A stretch of 63,973 bases of DNA, filler included, from Perkinsus olseni (lineage: Eukaryota): assembly GCA_013115125.1 (NCBI GenBank). It is 4 parts of 4 records of this genome, joined end to end, with 100 filler letters (N's around TTAATTAATTAA, not from the genome) between each part and the next. Parts side by side here need not be neighbours in the genome. Positions count along the whole stretch, not along the records: positions 34,753 to 51,993 come from JABANN010000652.1; positions 52,094 to 63,973 come from JABANN010000813.1; 2 more parts are not named here. One strand, written 5' to 3'. Below the pieces are notes generated by a model. The model worked only from the letters and a program-made list of their open reading frames with translations. It made no database searches and was not told where the DNA came from. A program made the translations under genes and the position numbers. This document shows positions 44,446-57,223 of the stretch, one piece after another (position 1 is the stretch's first letter; each line of letters begins with the position of its first letter).

Positions 44446-44506
44446 CAGCTGGTGACGCCCTTTGTGCTGAGAGACGTGGCGATTCTACCATGTACAGCAC
44501 GATGTA
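44446..44506 (+). repeat. Dispersed conserved hairpin motif, copy C
   Basis: GACGCCCTTT followed by GTGCTGAGAGACGTGGCGATTCTACCATGTACAGCACGATGTA. The 5' extension is shared with copy A. Confidence 0.85.
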
Positions 44507-44701
44507 TAAAGGAAGTTTCAATCTCACTCGCCGAGATCGATCTACTTCATCTTCACGTATATATATTGGCGAACCGAACCCTGACGGCTCTGCTGTTAAC
44601 AGTGCTAACTTAGCACTAACAGAGTTCCGCAAATCTCCTTCCGTTGCTTGGCGAAAGTTGCGGGAGCATCTTCCGAGGCATGTCGAATCCGCCTTCTCCC
44701 A

Positions 44702-46526
44702 ATGAGCTCGAACCTCCATAACGACGGCGTCCGTATGAAACGCAAACGAGCGTTATGCGTCGGTTGTAACTATCCTGCATCTGACACACCTCTTCGTGGT
44801 GCCTGTGCTGATGCTTTCCTCACAGCTCACACACTGCAGTCCTTGCTCGACTTTTCCGTGGAGGATATTTGTGTAAGCTGACTTCTTCAAGGCTTTGAGG
44901 TTGCCTTGTGAAGCTAGGTACTCTACGACGAGCATCCACCTCTAGGGCCTGGCAGGCCTTTGCAGATCGACCCGGTCCGCTTGCCCACCAGGATGAATCT
45001 TTTACGAGCTCTGCGATGGCTGGTACGGAATGACTCAATGCCGCTCCCGAGCCTCTACGGACGGTCAGTTTACTCACGGCTTGAGAAGCGTGCCCCACAG
45101 GTGCAGGATGCGCGTGATGGTGACGTCCTCTTCTTCTCATTCTCGGGGCGAGCCTGTCAGGTGATCGCTCCGCTATCCTCACGGAAGAAGTTCCATCGCT
45201 CTCTCTAGGTTGACGATCTTGATGGCTACGAAGGCGAGGGTTTCAGCTCAGCTATTCTGCCATCAGATTATTCCAATGAAACTGAGCAGGGGGCCTTGCG
45301 GGTTATCCCCACTCAGAACATTCGGGACGTAAGAGGGCCGAAAGCAGCTTCCTGTGCTCACAACAGTGCGCGCAGGGTCTTTCATCATAATGCGGGATCC
45401 ATGGGCATCAACGGAAACGAAATCGAAAGTTGGCTTTCGCGGGAAGCCCTGCTGAGATCGTCCGACGCGGCAGCAACAACTCGTACTGCATACTATGCAC
45501 CACTCAGGTGCTTCTGTCGGTGCCTGCAGGGGTCACTCTTCATTTGCTGATGGACACTGACTATGCCACCGATGTCGTGGATGTTTCTGGTCAGCTCAGC
45601 AAGCTGCGGCTGCGCACCTCCCGAAATTCCTATTTCACACGTAGGTGTGTCAGACGGGAGAGCCCTCGTAGCAGGGCTGAAGCAGAGCGTTATGTGCGGC
45701 CTCAATCTGCTGCCTTGGCAGCTATTCTCAGATCACACCGGCAAATACGACCGTGAGTGGAAACCTCGTCTGCATTGGCTGGTGGGACTCGGTAGAGAAC
45801 GTGTACGCTCGATAGTACGCACGCACGCACGCACGCACGCACGCACATCCCGGGCCTCCTCGGATGCCGTCTGTGTTCTCTCGCAGATTCCGAGTTTAGT
45901 CGATTCGCCAGTTTAGTCAGCGCTGGCTTGGCCAGAGGGGGTACCTCTTGCTGGCCGTGTTGATGGCCGCGATAGATTTTCTGAGGCCCTATGTGTCGCC
46001 CTCCCTTACGGGATGACCCGTCAGCCGTTTCGTTCAACATGCGAGGACAGCTCGCAGCCTGGCACTCTCCTCAGTTGCTCAACACGACGACGCCTGGTTG
46101 GCCTCTCCCGAGAGCATACGGGTTGAGGCTCGCTTCAAGCACAGCGTCCCAACGGTCCTTGAGGTCGACCTGTCAGCCTTGAGGCGCGCTCCCAACACTG
46201 TACCGCAGACGGGCACCCGCTATCGTTATATTCACTGTTTTCTCGCTCCTTTTGCAGAGGGAAACCACAGCTTTCATGAGAAGGCCTCGCCCCACCGCTT
46301 TCTGCCTCTCTGCGAGCGACCACGGGCAAACGGCTCTGGAGATGCTCCTGCCGACCGACCCTGTACTCCACCTCGGAGGCATCGACGTAGTGCCTCCCTT
46401 AACGGCACTTCCACGCCATCCAGGCCTAATCATTCAGCCAGCAAGGAGCTTCGCTCAGTCGCAGAGAAGCTCTCATCACGGTTTGCTGACTTGGTCGTGG
46501 TGGAGGGCCCTCCAGTCCCTGTTTGA
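44702..46526 (+). CDS. Metacaspase-like protein (clan CD, C14) with both catalytic residues substituted, multi-exon
   Basis: KRALCVGCNYP...LRGACADA, PTRMNLLRALRWL, DGDVLFFSFSGRACQVDDLDGYEGEG...ILPSD and LHLLMDTDYATDVVD align to metacaspase p20 motifs. Confidence 0.85.
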
Positions 46527-47158
46527 GGCAGACCAGGCTCACCCCTCAGTTTCCGAGGTACCACCTCGAAGTGCCCGTGATGTGCAAGTTGTCTGAGACA
46601 ACTTGTCTCAGGTTCGCCAGCGTGTCAGTGAGATCATTGAAGTGGTGAAGGTTGGGTACAGCCCGGAGTGTGACCAGCTCTGCGTCCTGACTTCCACTAT
46701 GCCCTGTAGCGTTCCTGAAGACACCCCATACTGCTGCTGCTGCTGACAGCATTCTGCCCCGCATGCTCTCTATTGTGTTCTTTCTCCCGACCACTTGTCT
46801 TTGTTGTCTCAATTAACTCTGCAGTAGACAATGCGTGAGCCTGGCAGTCCGCATCGGAAGCAACGATGATCTCTGCTCATCACACACCGTAGCCTCCACT
46901 CAGTCGCCCCGCCTTGGAGCCTGGTCGGAGGCTCCGTGATCCCATCGGCCTGCCTCCCAACGGCATTCCTTTGTGTAGTCGAAATCAGAAACTACGTTAA
47001 GGACCTTGATTACTAATTTCCCGTGAAACACATCTGAGGACATCTCACCAGCTGATCAGCAGCCTTCCTTGAGAGCTCCTCCTCGTCCACTCTGCGAGGT
47101 CTCTCGAGTGCTTTCTCCGGAGCCGCAAACCTCGTAGTGTTAAATTAATTTATTTTTG

Positions 47159-50100
47159 ATGTCTAGTTCGCCGTCCTCAACATCGAGTGACACCTCCTTC
47201 ACCTCGGTGGAAGGGGAAGACGTCTTCGAGTACATCCCGGTAAGCAGGCAAGGTTGCCCCTCCGGTCGCGTCAAGTCCATCTCAGAGCTCACAACAACCC
47301 AGGGGGCAGCGACTGAGCGGCGAGACGACTCGAAGGGTGTCTATCCTCTCAGCTGTTGATGTGAAGGAAAGTGAGATTCTATGCTGTTCAAGAGCATTTC
47401 TGGGCCCAAGCTGGCGACCGTAAACATTCTGAATCAGAATTTTTACGGTCAGAATTTCTTATCGTGGAAGTTCTGGCCTCCTTTCTTTTCTCTCTCCAAC
47501 CGTCACCGGTGCGCTTCTCTCAGTGGCTCGGCGTTCGTCGGATGTCAACGACTTCATTGACGATAGGAGGGAAGATGACATGACATCAGATGTGAGTTTG
47601 CCTACGCTCGTGCAAGCGACCGCTGCGGCTGCTTCACGGCTGAGTAGAAAGTTTTTACTAGAAACCCCATCACCGTTTCAGGATGGATCGAACTCCTCTC
47701 GAGCGAACGGCACTTCGGACGACGAAGGCGAAGAGGAACATGAGACGAGTTGCCGCAGAGATAGCAGCGCCTCCAACTCTGTGGCTGATACCGTAATTTG
47801 CGCTCTTCCAGTTCCAAGCTTCGATGGTCCCTCTCAGAGCTGCGCGAGCTTCATTGACGACCTCACTACCGTCCGGAGGGCACACAGCGCGGAGACGTCC
47901 CGACTACTCCGGCAAGGCGGTTTGAACAAGACAACCCCGCCGGAGTCCTCCCGGTCGTCCCTGGCCAGTAGTGTGTCTACGGACTCGGCACCTAAGCGGA
48001 GGAAGTCCGGTCATGAAGAATCGAGACCGTCGAGTTCCGGAAGGAGGCCCAGTATCTTCGACCGATTAATAAAATCAGCGCCAGTTAATCCACTGCGGCC
48101 AGTTCAAAGATCTCCTGGTGATGCGTGCACTACTAAGAAGGAGGCCAACTTGAACGAGATAAGTGTCATTGAGAGAAAGAGAAGGTACCTCGATGAGCAC
48201 GAGGACCTCCACATAGATGCCGTGGCCGAAAGGGCTGAGCTAAGCTACTACCAGCCCATGCCACAGGAGAGCGATAACTTGGAGGAGCTCTTGAGTGAAA
48301 CCCGGAGACAGGAAGAGGAGAACAACCCGGGTCTAGCTAACGTGACGAAGTCGCCAATGGTGGCTCAGTCATCATCGGAGAAGAAGAATCTTTTCGACTC
48401 CTTTGAAGGCATTGAGACTGCTGCTGGCGCAGATGGTCAGGAAAGGAAGACAGCGGAGGATGATGTCGTGGAGATATCGAGCGACTCTCCGGTACCGCCA
48501 ACGGCAGCGGGTGGGCGTCGCTTGAAGAAGGGGTTCCGGAGGAGTAGTTCGACTGGGAGCCTCTTAGTGGACGAGTAGGTCACGGCGATCCCTTCTTTCT
48601 CACGTGGTAAACTTCTTCAGAATACGACGGAGTCTGGGGAGAAGGCCTGACTCCATTGGACGGGGTGGCGTGGCCTCTCTCTTCAGTAGAAGTAGGCTCC
48701 CATCGAGGCGAGCGGTGAGAAGGTGTTGTCTCAGAATCCGAAGGGCCGGATAGTTTACAACGGAGAAGCTCCGGCTGCAGCGCGGTAGGTGAGCATGTGG
48801 TTCGCTGGAGGCAAATCTCTGATCAGCCTCTCGATGAAAAGGACGGCAAGAGAGAAGAAGAGGACATTATTGAAGGGGACGTCGATGAGTTCGGCTTCAC
48901 TGTGGACAAGAAGTGAGATCGCTTAAGGTCATTGTGTGCGTCAGCTTCGAGTCCCACGCCGTCGCCTAAGGGCTCAGTTATATTAGACTGATGGCCACGG
49001 TTGGCAGCTTTCTTCTGCTCATCGTGAATTGGTCATGTTCAGGTACGCCAGACTCGCTGGTGGCTGGAAGGTAGATCGGAGGAAATACGATTCTTTGTAT
49101 GACTACCAAAAGGAAGGCGTGAAGTGAGGTCTCTCTATCCTCGCCTTGCTGGATCACTGTTCAGGTGGATGTATGGTCTGTTCAAAGAGGGCAAGGGAGG
49201 GATACTGGCAGACATCATGGGTATGGGCAAGACTGTGCAAGTAGGTGGCTCGCCCTGGGGGGTTCTGTACTCTTCCGATCAGATTTGCATCTTGCTTCGG
49301 GGTCTCCTCAAAGGCGGGCTGGCCTGTAGGGTCCTCATTCTCTGCGAGAAGTCACTGCGAGGTAGGTCGGTGGGCTCACTCTCGAGGATGATCAGAATAC
49401 ACAGCACCACCACCATCGTCGTCGTCGGGCACTCCTGTTGTGTCGGTTTTCTCCTGTGCGAGATACGTGGGAAAAGGAGACCGCCAAATGGTGTGGCAAT
49501 TGGCACATAACTTCCCTTTGCGCTTACAACTCCGCACCGCAAAGAGAGAAGAAATTAAGGTAAGCCCTACTCCTTTGGCGGCCCGTGAGCTTCGCTTCGC
49601 TTTTTTCAGACACTCCTGGCTGGCTAGGAACTGCATCGTTATCGCCAATCAGACGTTCATCAGAGACGACAACCTGCGACTGTGGGGTCCCTCCGAGGCC
49701 TCTTCCAACCATCTCCGAGAAGTTCAGTTACTCGGCCTGTCATGAGGGTGACGGTAGGTGGGAAGAAGCCGACAGGGTGCCCTGGGATATCATCGTCTAT
49801 GACGAAGCACAGAGAATGCGCAACCCCAGTACCGCACTTTTCCGGCATGCTACTCTCATGCGGGCGAAATCTAAGTAGGAGCTGAAGCGATCGTCTCTGC
49901 CGCTGCTTCAGCCATTCAGGTTCCTCCTCACTGGTACGCCGATCCAGAACACCCCTTCTGACCTGTGGGCCCTCATGGAGATAGGTAAGATTGATAGGCG
50001 TCAGCGTGGGCAAGCGATGGGGTTGTGTTGTTGCAGCGGTACCTGGGCTGCTGGGCGAGTTCGCCACCTTCAAGAACACCTTCGCGGAGGTTATCAAGAG

Positions 50101-51883
50101 AGGGAATCGACGCGAGGCTACTGAGACACAGGTGAGCTGCACTAGACTGCGTATTCAAGGTTGGTAACACGTATATCGATTCCTCCTTTACGCAGCGCAG
50201 AAGCATTACCTCCTCTCTTAATGATAGTGCCCGGCGACCTGTCTCAGTCGGTACTACGCGGTGAGCCATTCGGTGTATCCTGTTCTAGTATTGAGTTCAT
50301 TTAACCGAAGGGACGTGACGTTATGTGAAGAATCCACCCCTTCTTTCAACTCTTGTCATCGATGAAGGAAATTTAACTTCAATCTGTGATTTACGTGCGT
50401 ATTTTAAGCTAGCGTGACTTCCATTCGGTAACCAACTGCTTCGTTCGTGGCAGGAGAGAAACAAGGACCGGGCGGTGGAAGAGCTGAACGCCCTCATCTA
50501 CGACTACGTCTTGAGGAGGGAAAAGTATGTCGATGAGATAACAGAAGGAGACGTAAGAAGACAGTCGAGGATGATGGCGATGACGCTGCTGCATAGGTGT
50601 CCAAGTTGGAAGTGATCGTCTGGATCGGCCTCTCGGAAGAGCAGCTGGGCATCTACAGGGAGTACATCACCACCAGAGTAGTGGCTGCTGTCTCTCGAGC
50701 CTGTGGCGACCATGTCACCTCAGCAAGTGCGACGGGCATGTTCGAAAGGCAAGGATCAGCAGAAGGGTATGCACGCCCTTCGGTGCATTTCCAAGTTGAG
50801 GAGCCTCTGTAACCATCCTCTTTTCCTTCTCCCCTCGGAGGAGCAGGGGTGGTGAGCAGAGCCCGGCACCGCATCGAGTATGTCCGGGCTGACGATCTCA
50901 GGCGGGCGGCCTTCGGTGTGACTTGTGACGCCTCGGCACAGGACATCCCTGAGCAAGACGACCTCCAGCTCGCTTTGGACAACAGCGGCAGCAGCGAGGA
51001 GCCTGACTGGTATCACCACGGCTTCCCTAAGACTCTCCTAGAAAATCCCAGTCCAGGGGGGTGATCTTGTCTCGTTCAGGATCGACAACGAGGATGATGG
51101 CGCGATGGACAACTACAATCGTATGATCCGTGCCTTACCCCAGGACGACGGTCGCAAGATAGAAGCGCTGAGCTCTAAATTACAGGTGGATCCCTCTGCC
51201 CCGTCATCACAAGCAGCAGCACCCTCGTTGCTAGGTTCTGCATTGTCTCTTACGCCGCCTGAGAGACGGCGGGCACCGGGTGCTGCTCTTCTGCCCGTGG
51301 ACAAGCATGCTGGACTTAGTCCAGGTAGGTGGCATTAGGGGCCTTCACCTGTCCTCAGTGTTGCTGCCCTTCAGTATACGATTCTGCGAACGGATGGTAT
51401 GACCTGCCTGCGCATAGACGGCAACACTTCTTCTAACGACAGGCAGCGGAAAATTCGAAAATTTCAAAACTCTAAGAAGTGGCTCGCCGCCCGCTCGTGG
51501 AGGCCTCGAGTTGTTCCCTCTAGGTACTTCGCCTTCGTTCTGTCCACCCGGTGCGGCCACGTCGGTCTAACTTTAACGGCGGCAGACAGAGTCGTGTTAA
51601 TTAGTCCAAGCTGGAACCCCAGCGATGACGATGTGAGGAAGAAGTGGTAGAGCCTTTCTTCATGGCTTGTTCTCTTCAGCAAGCAGTGGCCCGAGCCTAC
51701 CGGATAGGGCAGAGTAAAGATGTTATCGCCTACCGCCTTGTCTGCAGTGGTATAAGCGACAAGGAGCGCTTGCGGTGGCGCCAGATGCTCTCAGGCACCA
51801 TCGAGGAGAGAATCTTCCAACGCGAAGTCACCAAAATCGGTGACTCGAAAGTTATACTCGAGGACAAGGACCAGGCTAAGTGA
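47159..51883 (+). CDS. SNF2-family helicase/translocase, ERCC6L(PICH)/ERCC6-like, multi-exon, truncated at contig end
   Basis: LYDYQKEGVKW, GGILADIMGMGKTVQ, YDEAQRMRN, LTGTPIQN, LRIDG and [35 protein letters not shown], after a long low-complexity N-terminus. Confidence 0.92.
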
Positions 51884-51921
51884 GTTGCGTCGACTGTTTA
51901 TATTGCAGGGGAGAACTAAAA

Positions 51922-51988
51922 GGGAAACCCATAGACGCTGAGGTTGGGAGAGGCATACGCGAAACCAGAACCCGCGAGAGGGGACACC
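51922..51988. repeat. Second copy of the LTR-like repeat, in an SNF2 intron at the contig end
   Basis: GGGAAACCCATAGACGCTGAGGTTGGGAGAGGCATACGCGAAACCAGAACCCG nearly identical to about 37667-37733. Confidence 0.85.
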
Positions 51989-51993
51989 AGGTG

Positions 51994-52093
51994 NNNNNNN
52001 NNNNNNNNNNNNNNNNNNNNNNNNNNNNNNNNNNNNNTTAATTAATTAANNNNNNNNNNNNNNNNNNNNNNNNNNNNNNNNNNNNNNNNNNNN
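51994..52093. other. Artificial contig linker
   Basis: TTAATTAATTAA at 52038-52049 within a 100-nt N spacer. Confidence 0.97.
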
Positions 52094-52500
52094 TTTGCTA
52101 ATCTTGCTAACCAGATTGATACATCATTCCAGAATCTTGTGGATGAGGCTAACTAATGACAACAACCACCACAACAACAACATCATCATCTGCACTATCA
52201 TCGATAGTATGAGCGGCACGTAGCGTGCGGCAGTGGTAGCGGCCTTTCCTGCCTCGGCCATCTGATATTGGTCATTACTACATGATGAGTCATCAATGGG
52301 TAGTAGTTGATTCTTGATTCGATTTATATGCTTTACTACTACTAAGTAGTGATTATAGAGAAGTAAGGTTATTTGCACTGGTAGTAGTACTACTGTTGTA
52401 CAGAATAATAATCATTATTGAGCATCATTATCCACTGCCACTGCCTGATATCATCTTGTGTTGTTACTATCGTCAGCAAGGGCCATTGGTATTCTCATCC

Positions 52501-54496
52501 ATGAGCATCGATTCTCATCCTGCTTTTACTACTCGTCTCGCTGCTGCTGTTGACGATGATGCCCACTCCCCGAGTAGTGGTCAACATGGTGGCCGCCAAG
52601 ATCTCCCAAAGATTGATATACATACCCACATACTACCTCGAGAATGGCCATCTATTGTGAGCATCAACAACATCAACAACAACTACAACATTATCATGAG
52701 CATCCTTCTCCCACTGTACCCCTCAGGGTGGCTTCGATCTTAGATTGGTGGACTTACCCCAAGATGATGAGCTTGGACGTAAGGCTGGGTTTATCAAAAG
52801 AATGGAATGGGGAGATGGCAAACTATTCAGGAAGGTAGTCACCAATAGCACCATCAACACCACCATCATCATGAGTATCTACTAACAACTGTATTATTAT
52901 TAGTGGTAGGTTAAACCCAACTGCATCGACCCTGATGTCATTATGAAGGAGTGTGATTCATGGGGAGTTCATGTAATCATCATTGTCATTTTTGTTATCA
53001 TCATCATTGCCCCCATAGCCACCATTGTCAGGTTCAAACAGTATGTACAGTACCTGTCCTTTTCAACTACCATTTAGATCCGACATCCGGGGTACAGTGG
53101 TCAAGGTAGTAGTATTACTGTGTATGCTATCCTTCACATCTTCGTAGTAGGTTTATTAATGATTCCCTAGCCGAACAAGTGAAGCTGCATCCTAGAAGGA
53201 TGGTTGCTCTAGGTTACCCACACCTAATCAGTAGTTGGAAGTGTTGGTCATCATACCGGTAGTATTCAGGAACACTACCTTTACAGCATCCACAAGAGGC
53301 TGCAAAAGAGATGAAACGAGCGGTACTTGAGAAGGGCATGAGAGGCTTTCAAATAGGAAGTCATATTAACTCATGGAGGCCCTGTAGTGGGGGGACAGGG
53401 AGTGTGGAGAATATCATGTTGAATGATGAGAGGCTGATGCCGATATGGCAGACTGCTAGGTAACAATAACAGCAGCACTGTGAAGAGCAGCAGCAGCACC
53501 TGCTAGTAGACACAGAAGACTCTTAACATTTACAGTCCATACAGTTCATTGTAGTGGTGGTGGTGGTGGTTGTCAGATCACTTGACGTCGGTATATTCGT
53601 ACATCCATGGGATATGGAATGGTGCTGGCAAGGGTAATATTACCATGACTCTTCCTCCGCTAGTATCATTATTATGATAGTATTACTTAAGATACTGGTT
53701 ACCATGGTTGGTTGGTATGCCTGCTGAAGTCAGCCTGGCTATGTGTTCTGTTATGCTAGGAGGTATAATAGATAAGGTATCAACAACAACAACAACACCA
53801 TCCTACAACTGCTGTAATCATGTCTATCATCATCATTAGATACCGGACCTCAAAGTGATGTTTGCTCATGGTGGAGGCTCCGTACCAGGTAGTAGTCATT
53901 AACAGTAGCCAATGGTAGTGATTGTTGGATAATACAGGGACACTCGGTAGAATTGAATGGGGATGGAGATGTCGACCGGATCTAGTTGCTAAGGATTCTA
54001 AACTCAACCCTAGAGAGTAACACAGCCTGCCACTACTACTACTACCATCAAGAAGAGTTCTATCATCAACATGCTGCCTACTCAGTGCCGTGAGGAAGCT
54101 CTATGTGGACAGCATCTGCCATGACCAGAGAATGCTACAAATAATAATCGATATGGTATGCAGGCTTAACATCATCAAATGATCACCATGTTGTCTGTAG
54201 TTCGGTGCTGATAGAGTAGCCCTTGGATCGGACTATCCCTTTCCTCTTGGTGAGGTGCCCAGCATAGCACCAGTCACAGGGGAGATACTCAACACCTATC
54301 CTGGACAGTTACTTGAAACATCGCCTCATCTATCCCATCAAGTATGATCATTATCATCATCATCATCAACAACAATCGTTATCATCCTGGTATAATAGCA
54401 TCTTAGGTTAAAGCTCGAGTACTATGTGGTACAGCCGTCGAGTTCTTAGGGATAAACCCTATGGATTATGATCTGCCACCACCAACCCTCCAATAA
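52501..54496 (+). CDS. ACMSD: 2-amino-3-carboxymuconate-6-semialdehyde decarboxylase (amidohydrolase 2), many exons
   Basis: KIDIHTHILPREWP, GFQIGSHIN, IFVHPWDM, YWLPWLVGMPAE, FAHGGGS, CRPDLVA and LGSDYPFPLGE. Confidence 0.92.
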
Positions 54497-54728
54497 CAAC
54501 AACAACAACAACAGCCCATCATGCTGTTGCTCCTCCTGCTCCTCCTCCTCCTCCTCCCACTCATCATCCTTTTTGTCTGCTGCTCGCCGTTTGTCATGCA
54601 TCATCGATATGCATATTGATTTCTTAATACAAGGCCTTATGACCGCCAGTTATGTCATAATATAACATCATCATCATAGTATCAACAGTCTTTCTACTTC
54701 ATTATGGTTTATCGCCGCATCGACCGCG

Positions 54729-56064
54729 ATGCTACCGCCACCATCTTCCGGGAGGAGGCTCATCGCCTACTACAACGAAATCATCACAACTAGAATGATA
54801 TCATCAACTCATAATACCAGCAACAACATCAAGAAGAAGAGCTACGGTGTTGACGGGTCTGTTGAAGAGAGTAAGGAGAAGATGCACGTAAGCTGCTGCT
54901 GCTGCTGCTCGGTGAGGTGGCTCGATGTTACATCAGGGTGCTCTCAGAGTATCTCTGCCTTCACCTCTGGCAAACTACAACAGGAAGAGAAGGAAGGGAA
55001 TGTTGTTCTGTAGTCCTGCTTATCAATTACCACGTCATGCATCATTAGCATCAGTAGTAAGATTCTGTCACAAGAAATGGGCTATACAAGAAAGGCTCAG
55101 ACAACAACAGTAAGAGCGGCAAGAGCGGCAAGAGTAACATTGCTGCTACACATGAGGGAGAGGACATACAAATAGGGCGGGCATCATCATCATCATCATC
55201 ATCATTACCTCCCTCCCCGATCGTATCATCACAAATCATAGTTGCGTTTTTATCTGCGTAGTTATCTCACTCAGCTTCATATCATTATTATTATCATCAT
55301 CATGCATACTATCACCCCAACCTCCATCATTCTATCGGTATGCCGATACCCAACTTGATGCTCCAAGTTCACCACCTCTCATCATCATCAGGTCCTCCTC
55401 CTCTCCTCCCCTGTTGACTCATCCTGTGATAATCTAATAGATATCTGTTCCAAGGATTCAAGGGTTAGAAGCGCTAACACGTAGTCATGTTGATCATCAT
55501 GGCTACTCGAACGTAGTAGTGGTTGTAGGAGCGACCCTTCACAATTCTGTACATCATCATGTGTTGCCTACCATGTATGTACATCATCTCAAGATTATAC
55601 TCATCAAGAGGTAGTCGACAGTCAACATGCTGTTCATTCAACTATACGAGCCAACTCATTAAAGGTTCAACAATACTTTGATTGCCCGTTGGATGAACTC
55701 AAGCTCCAAATGAAAGTAAGCTGCTGCTGCTGCTGCTGCTGCTTGTAGTAATAATAATAATACCCTCACCACTACGCTTCTTCTTGTCTAGCGTCATCTG
55801 TATGAGATATCTTACAAGTTGAGGATGAATTGTCATCATACCTACTTGGATAATCAACCAGTTGAGTTCATTGGTGGTACCACCCTCGATGGAGGACTTG
55901 TACGTTATTTGAAGGATGTCTGCCCGGAGATGGATAATGTCTGGCCCAATGTAGTAGCCTCTAGTACTGCTCTACCTCCCTCCTAGTACCACTCCTCTGC
56001 CAACTCCTCAGGTCCCAATCTTCCAGGTTAATACCTCACCTCGCATTCATGCAACAACTACTAG
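54729..56064 (+). CDS. Hypothetical multi-exon protein (ends approximate)
   Basis: Short coding-like exons separated by microsatellite-filled GT-AG introns. No family recognised. Confidence 0.4.
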
Positions 56065-56319
56065 CGTATTCACCACTTGTGTAATACTCAGTATTTCGAT
56101 AGTCTTCGTAGCAACTCTGTAGTTATCTCGAACTCCATATGGATTCTTTCTTTTGCTCCTCGTTCATAACCGAGAGTATGTAAAGCATCATCATCATCAT
56201 CGTCATATACTATCACGACTACTACTCTAATTCATCATCATCATGCTGCATTGCATCTTCATCGTTGAGTTACATAAGCCACTATGCTCTCAACAGCCGC
56301 CATTCTTATCACAGTCATC

Positions 56320-57138
56320 ATGTCTGCAACTCCAAAGGCAAAACAACAGAAGTTGGCGGCCAAAGGTGTGATAACCTTTGTAACGGGTAACGTTAATAAA
56401 CTTAGAGAAGTACAACAGATAATAGGAGATACTATCAAGTTTGATAATGTTAAACTTGATCGTAAGACCTGCTGGTGAACATATTCGTTACTGTCTTAAT
56501 AGAGTACCTTAGTTCCTGAATATCAAGGGGCAAGTCCAGAGGAAATCAGTAAACAGAAATGCTTGGAGGCTTATAACAGGCTTGATGGATGTAGTAAAGT
56601 CATGGTAGAGGACACCTGTCTCGGATTCAATGCCATGCATGGCCTGCCTGGACCATATATGTAATAATGATGATTATTCATTGTCATTACATCGACATCA
56701 ATACTCATACTACTCAGTAAATGGTTTTTGGAGAAGTTAGGACATGATGGACTTAATCGTATGCTCGAGGGTTTTGATGTAGGTTTGTGAGGATGGGAGT
56801 TGATGACACTCTCCTATACTTCAGGATAAAAGTGCTCAAGCTAGATGTACTTTCGCCTATTATGATGGTACCACTGATGAGCCTCTCACTTTTACTGGTA
56901 TAACTAATGGTATCATAGTACCACCGAGGGGTCCAAATAATTTTGGATGGGATCCAATCTTCCAGCCCAATGAAGATGGAACTACTGGCAAAACGTAATC
57001 ATGTTATGTGTACTGTTCGTTATTTATCGGATCAGGTACGCTGAGATGACCAAAGACGAGAAGAATTCTCTCTCTCATCGTAGTAGAGCTCTCGACAAAT
57101 TGAAGGAATTCCTCCTATCCGATACTCATAATAACTGA
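56320..57138 (+). CDS. ITPA: Inosine triphosphate pyrophosphatase (Ham1 family), multi-exon
   Basis: [24 protein letters not shown]...[19 protein letters not shown] and YAEM...KNSLSHR. Confidence 0.96.
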
Positions 57139-57223
57139 GACAACTCTCTCTCGTTCCTTACAACTGAGTTACCGGAGATTGCGTTGACCAGTGCACATAT
57201 AAGCTGATAAATAACCAACTCAA

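Noticed and set aside
44464-44520. Hairpin motif as TPP riboswitch, hammerhead ribozyme or U6 snRNA
   Set aside because: It has GCTGAGA but none of the downstream TPP core. CTGAGAG does not fit CUGANGA with GAAA. The GTGCT...CAGCAC stem resembles the U6 5' end but no ACAGAGA box follows.
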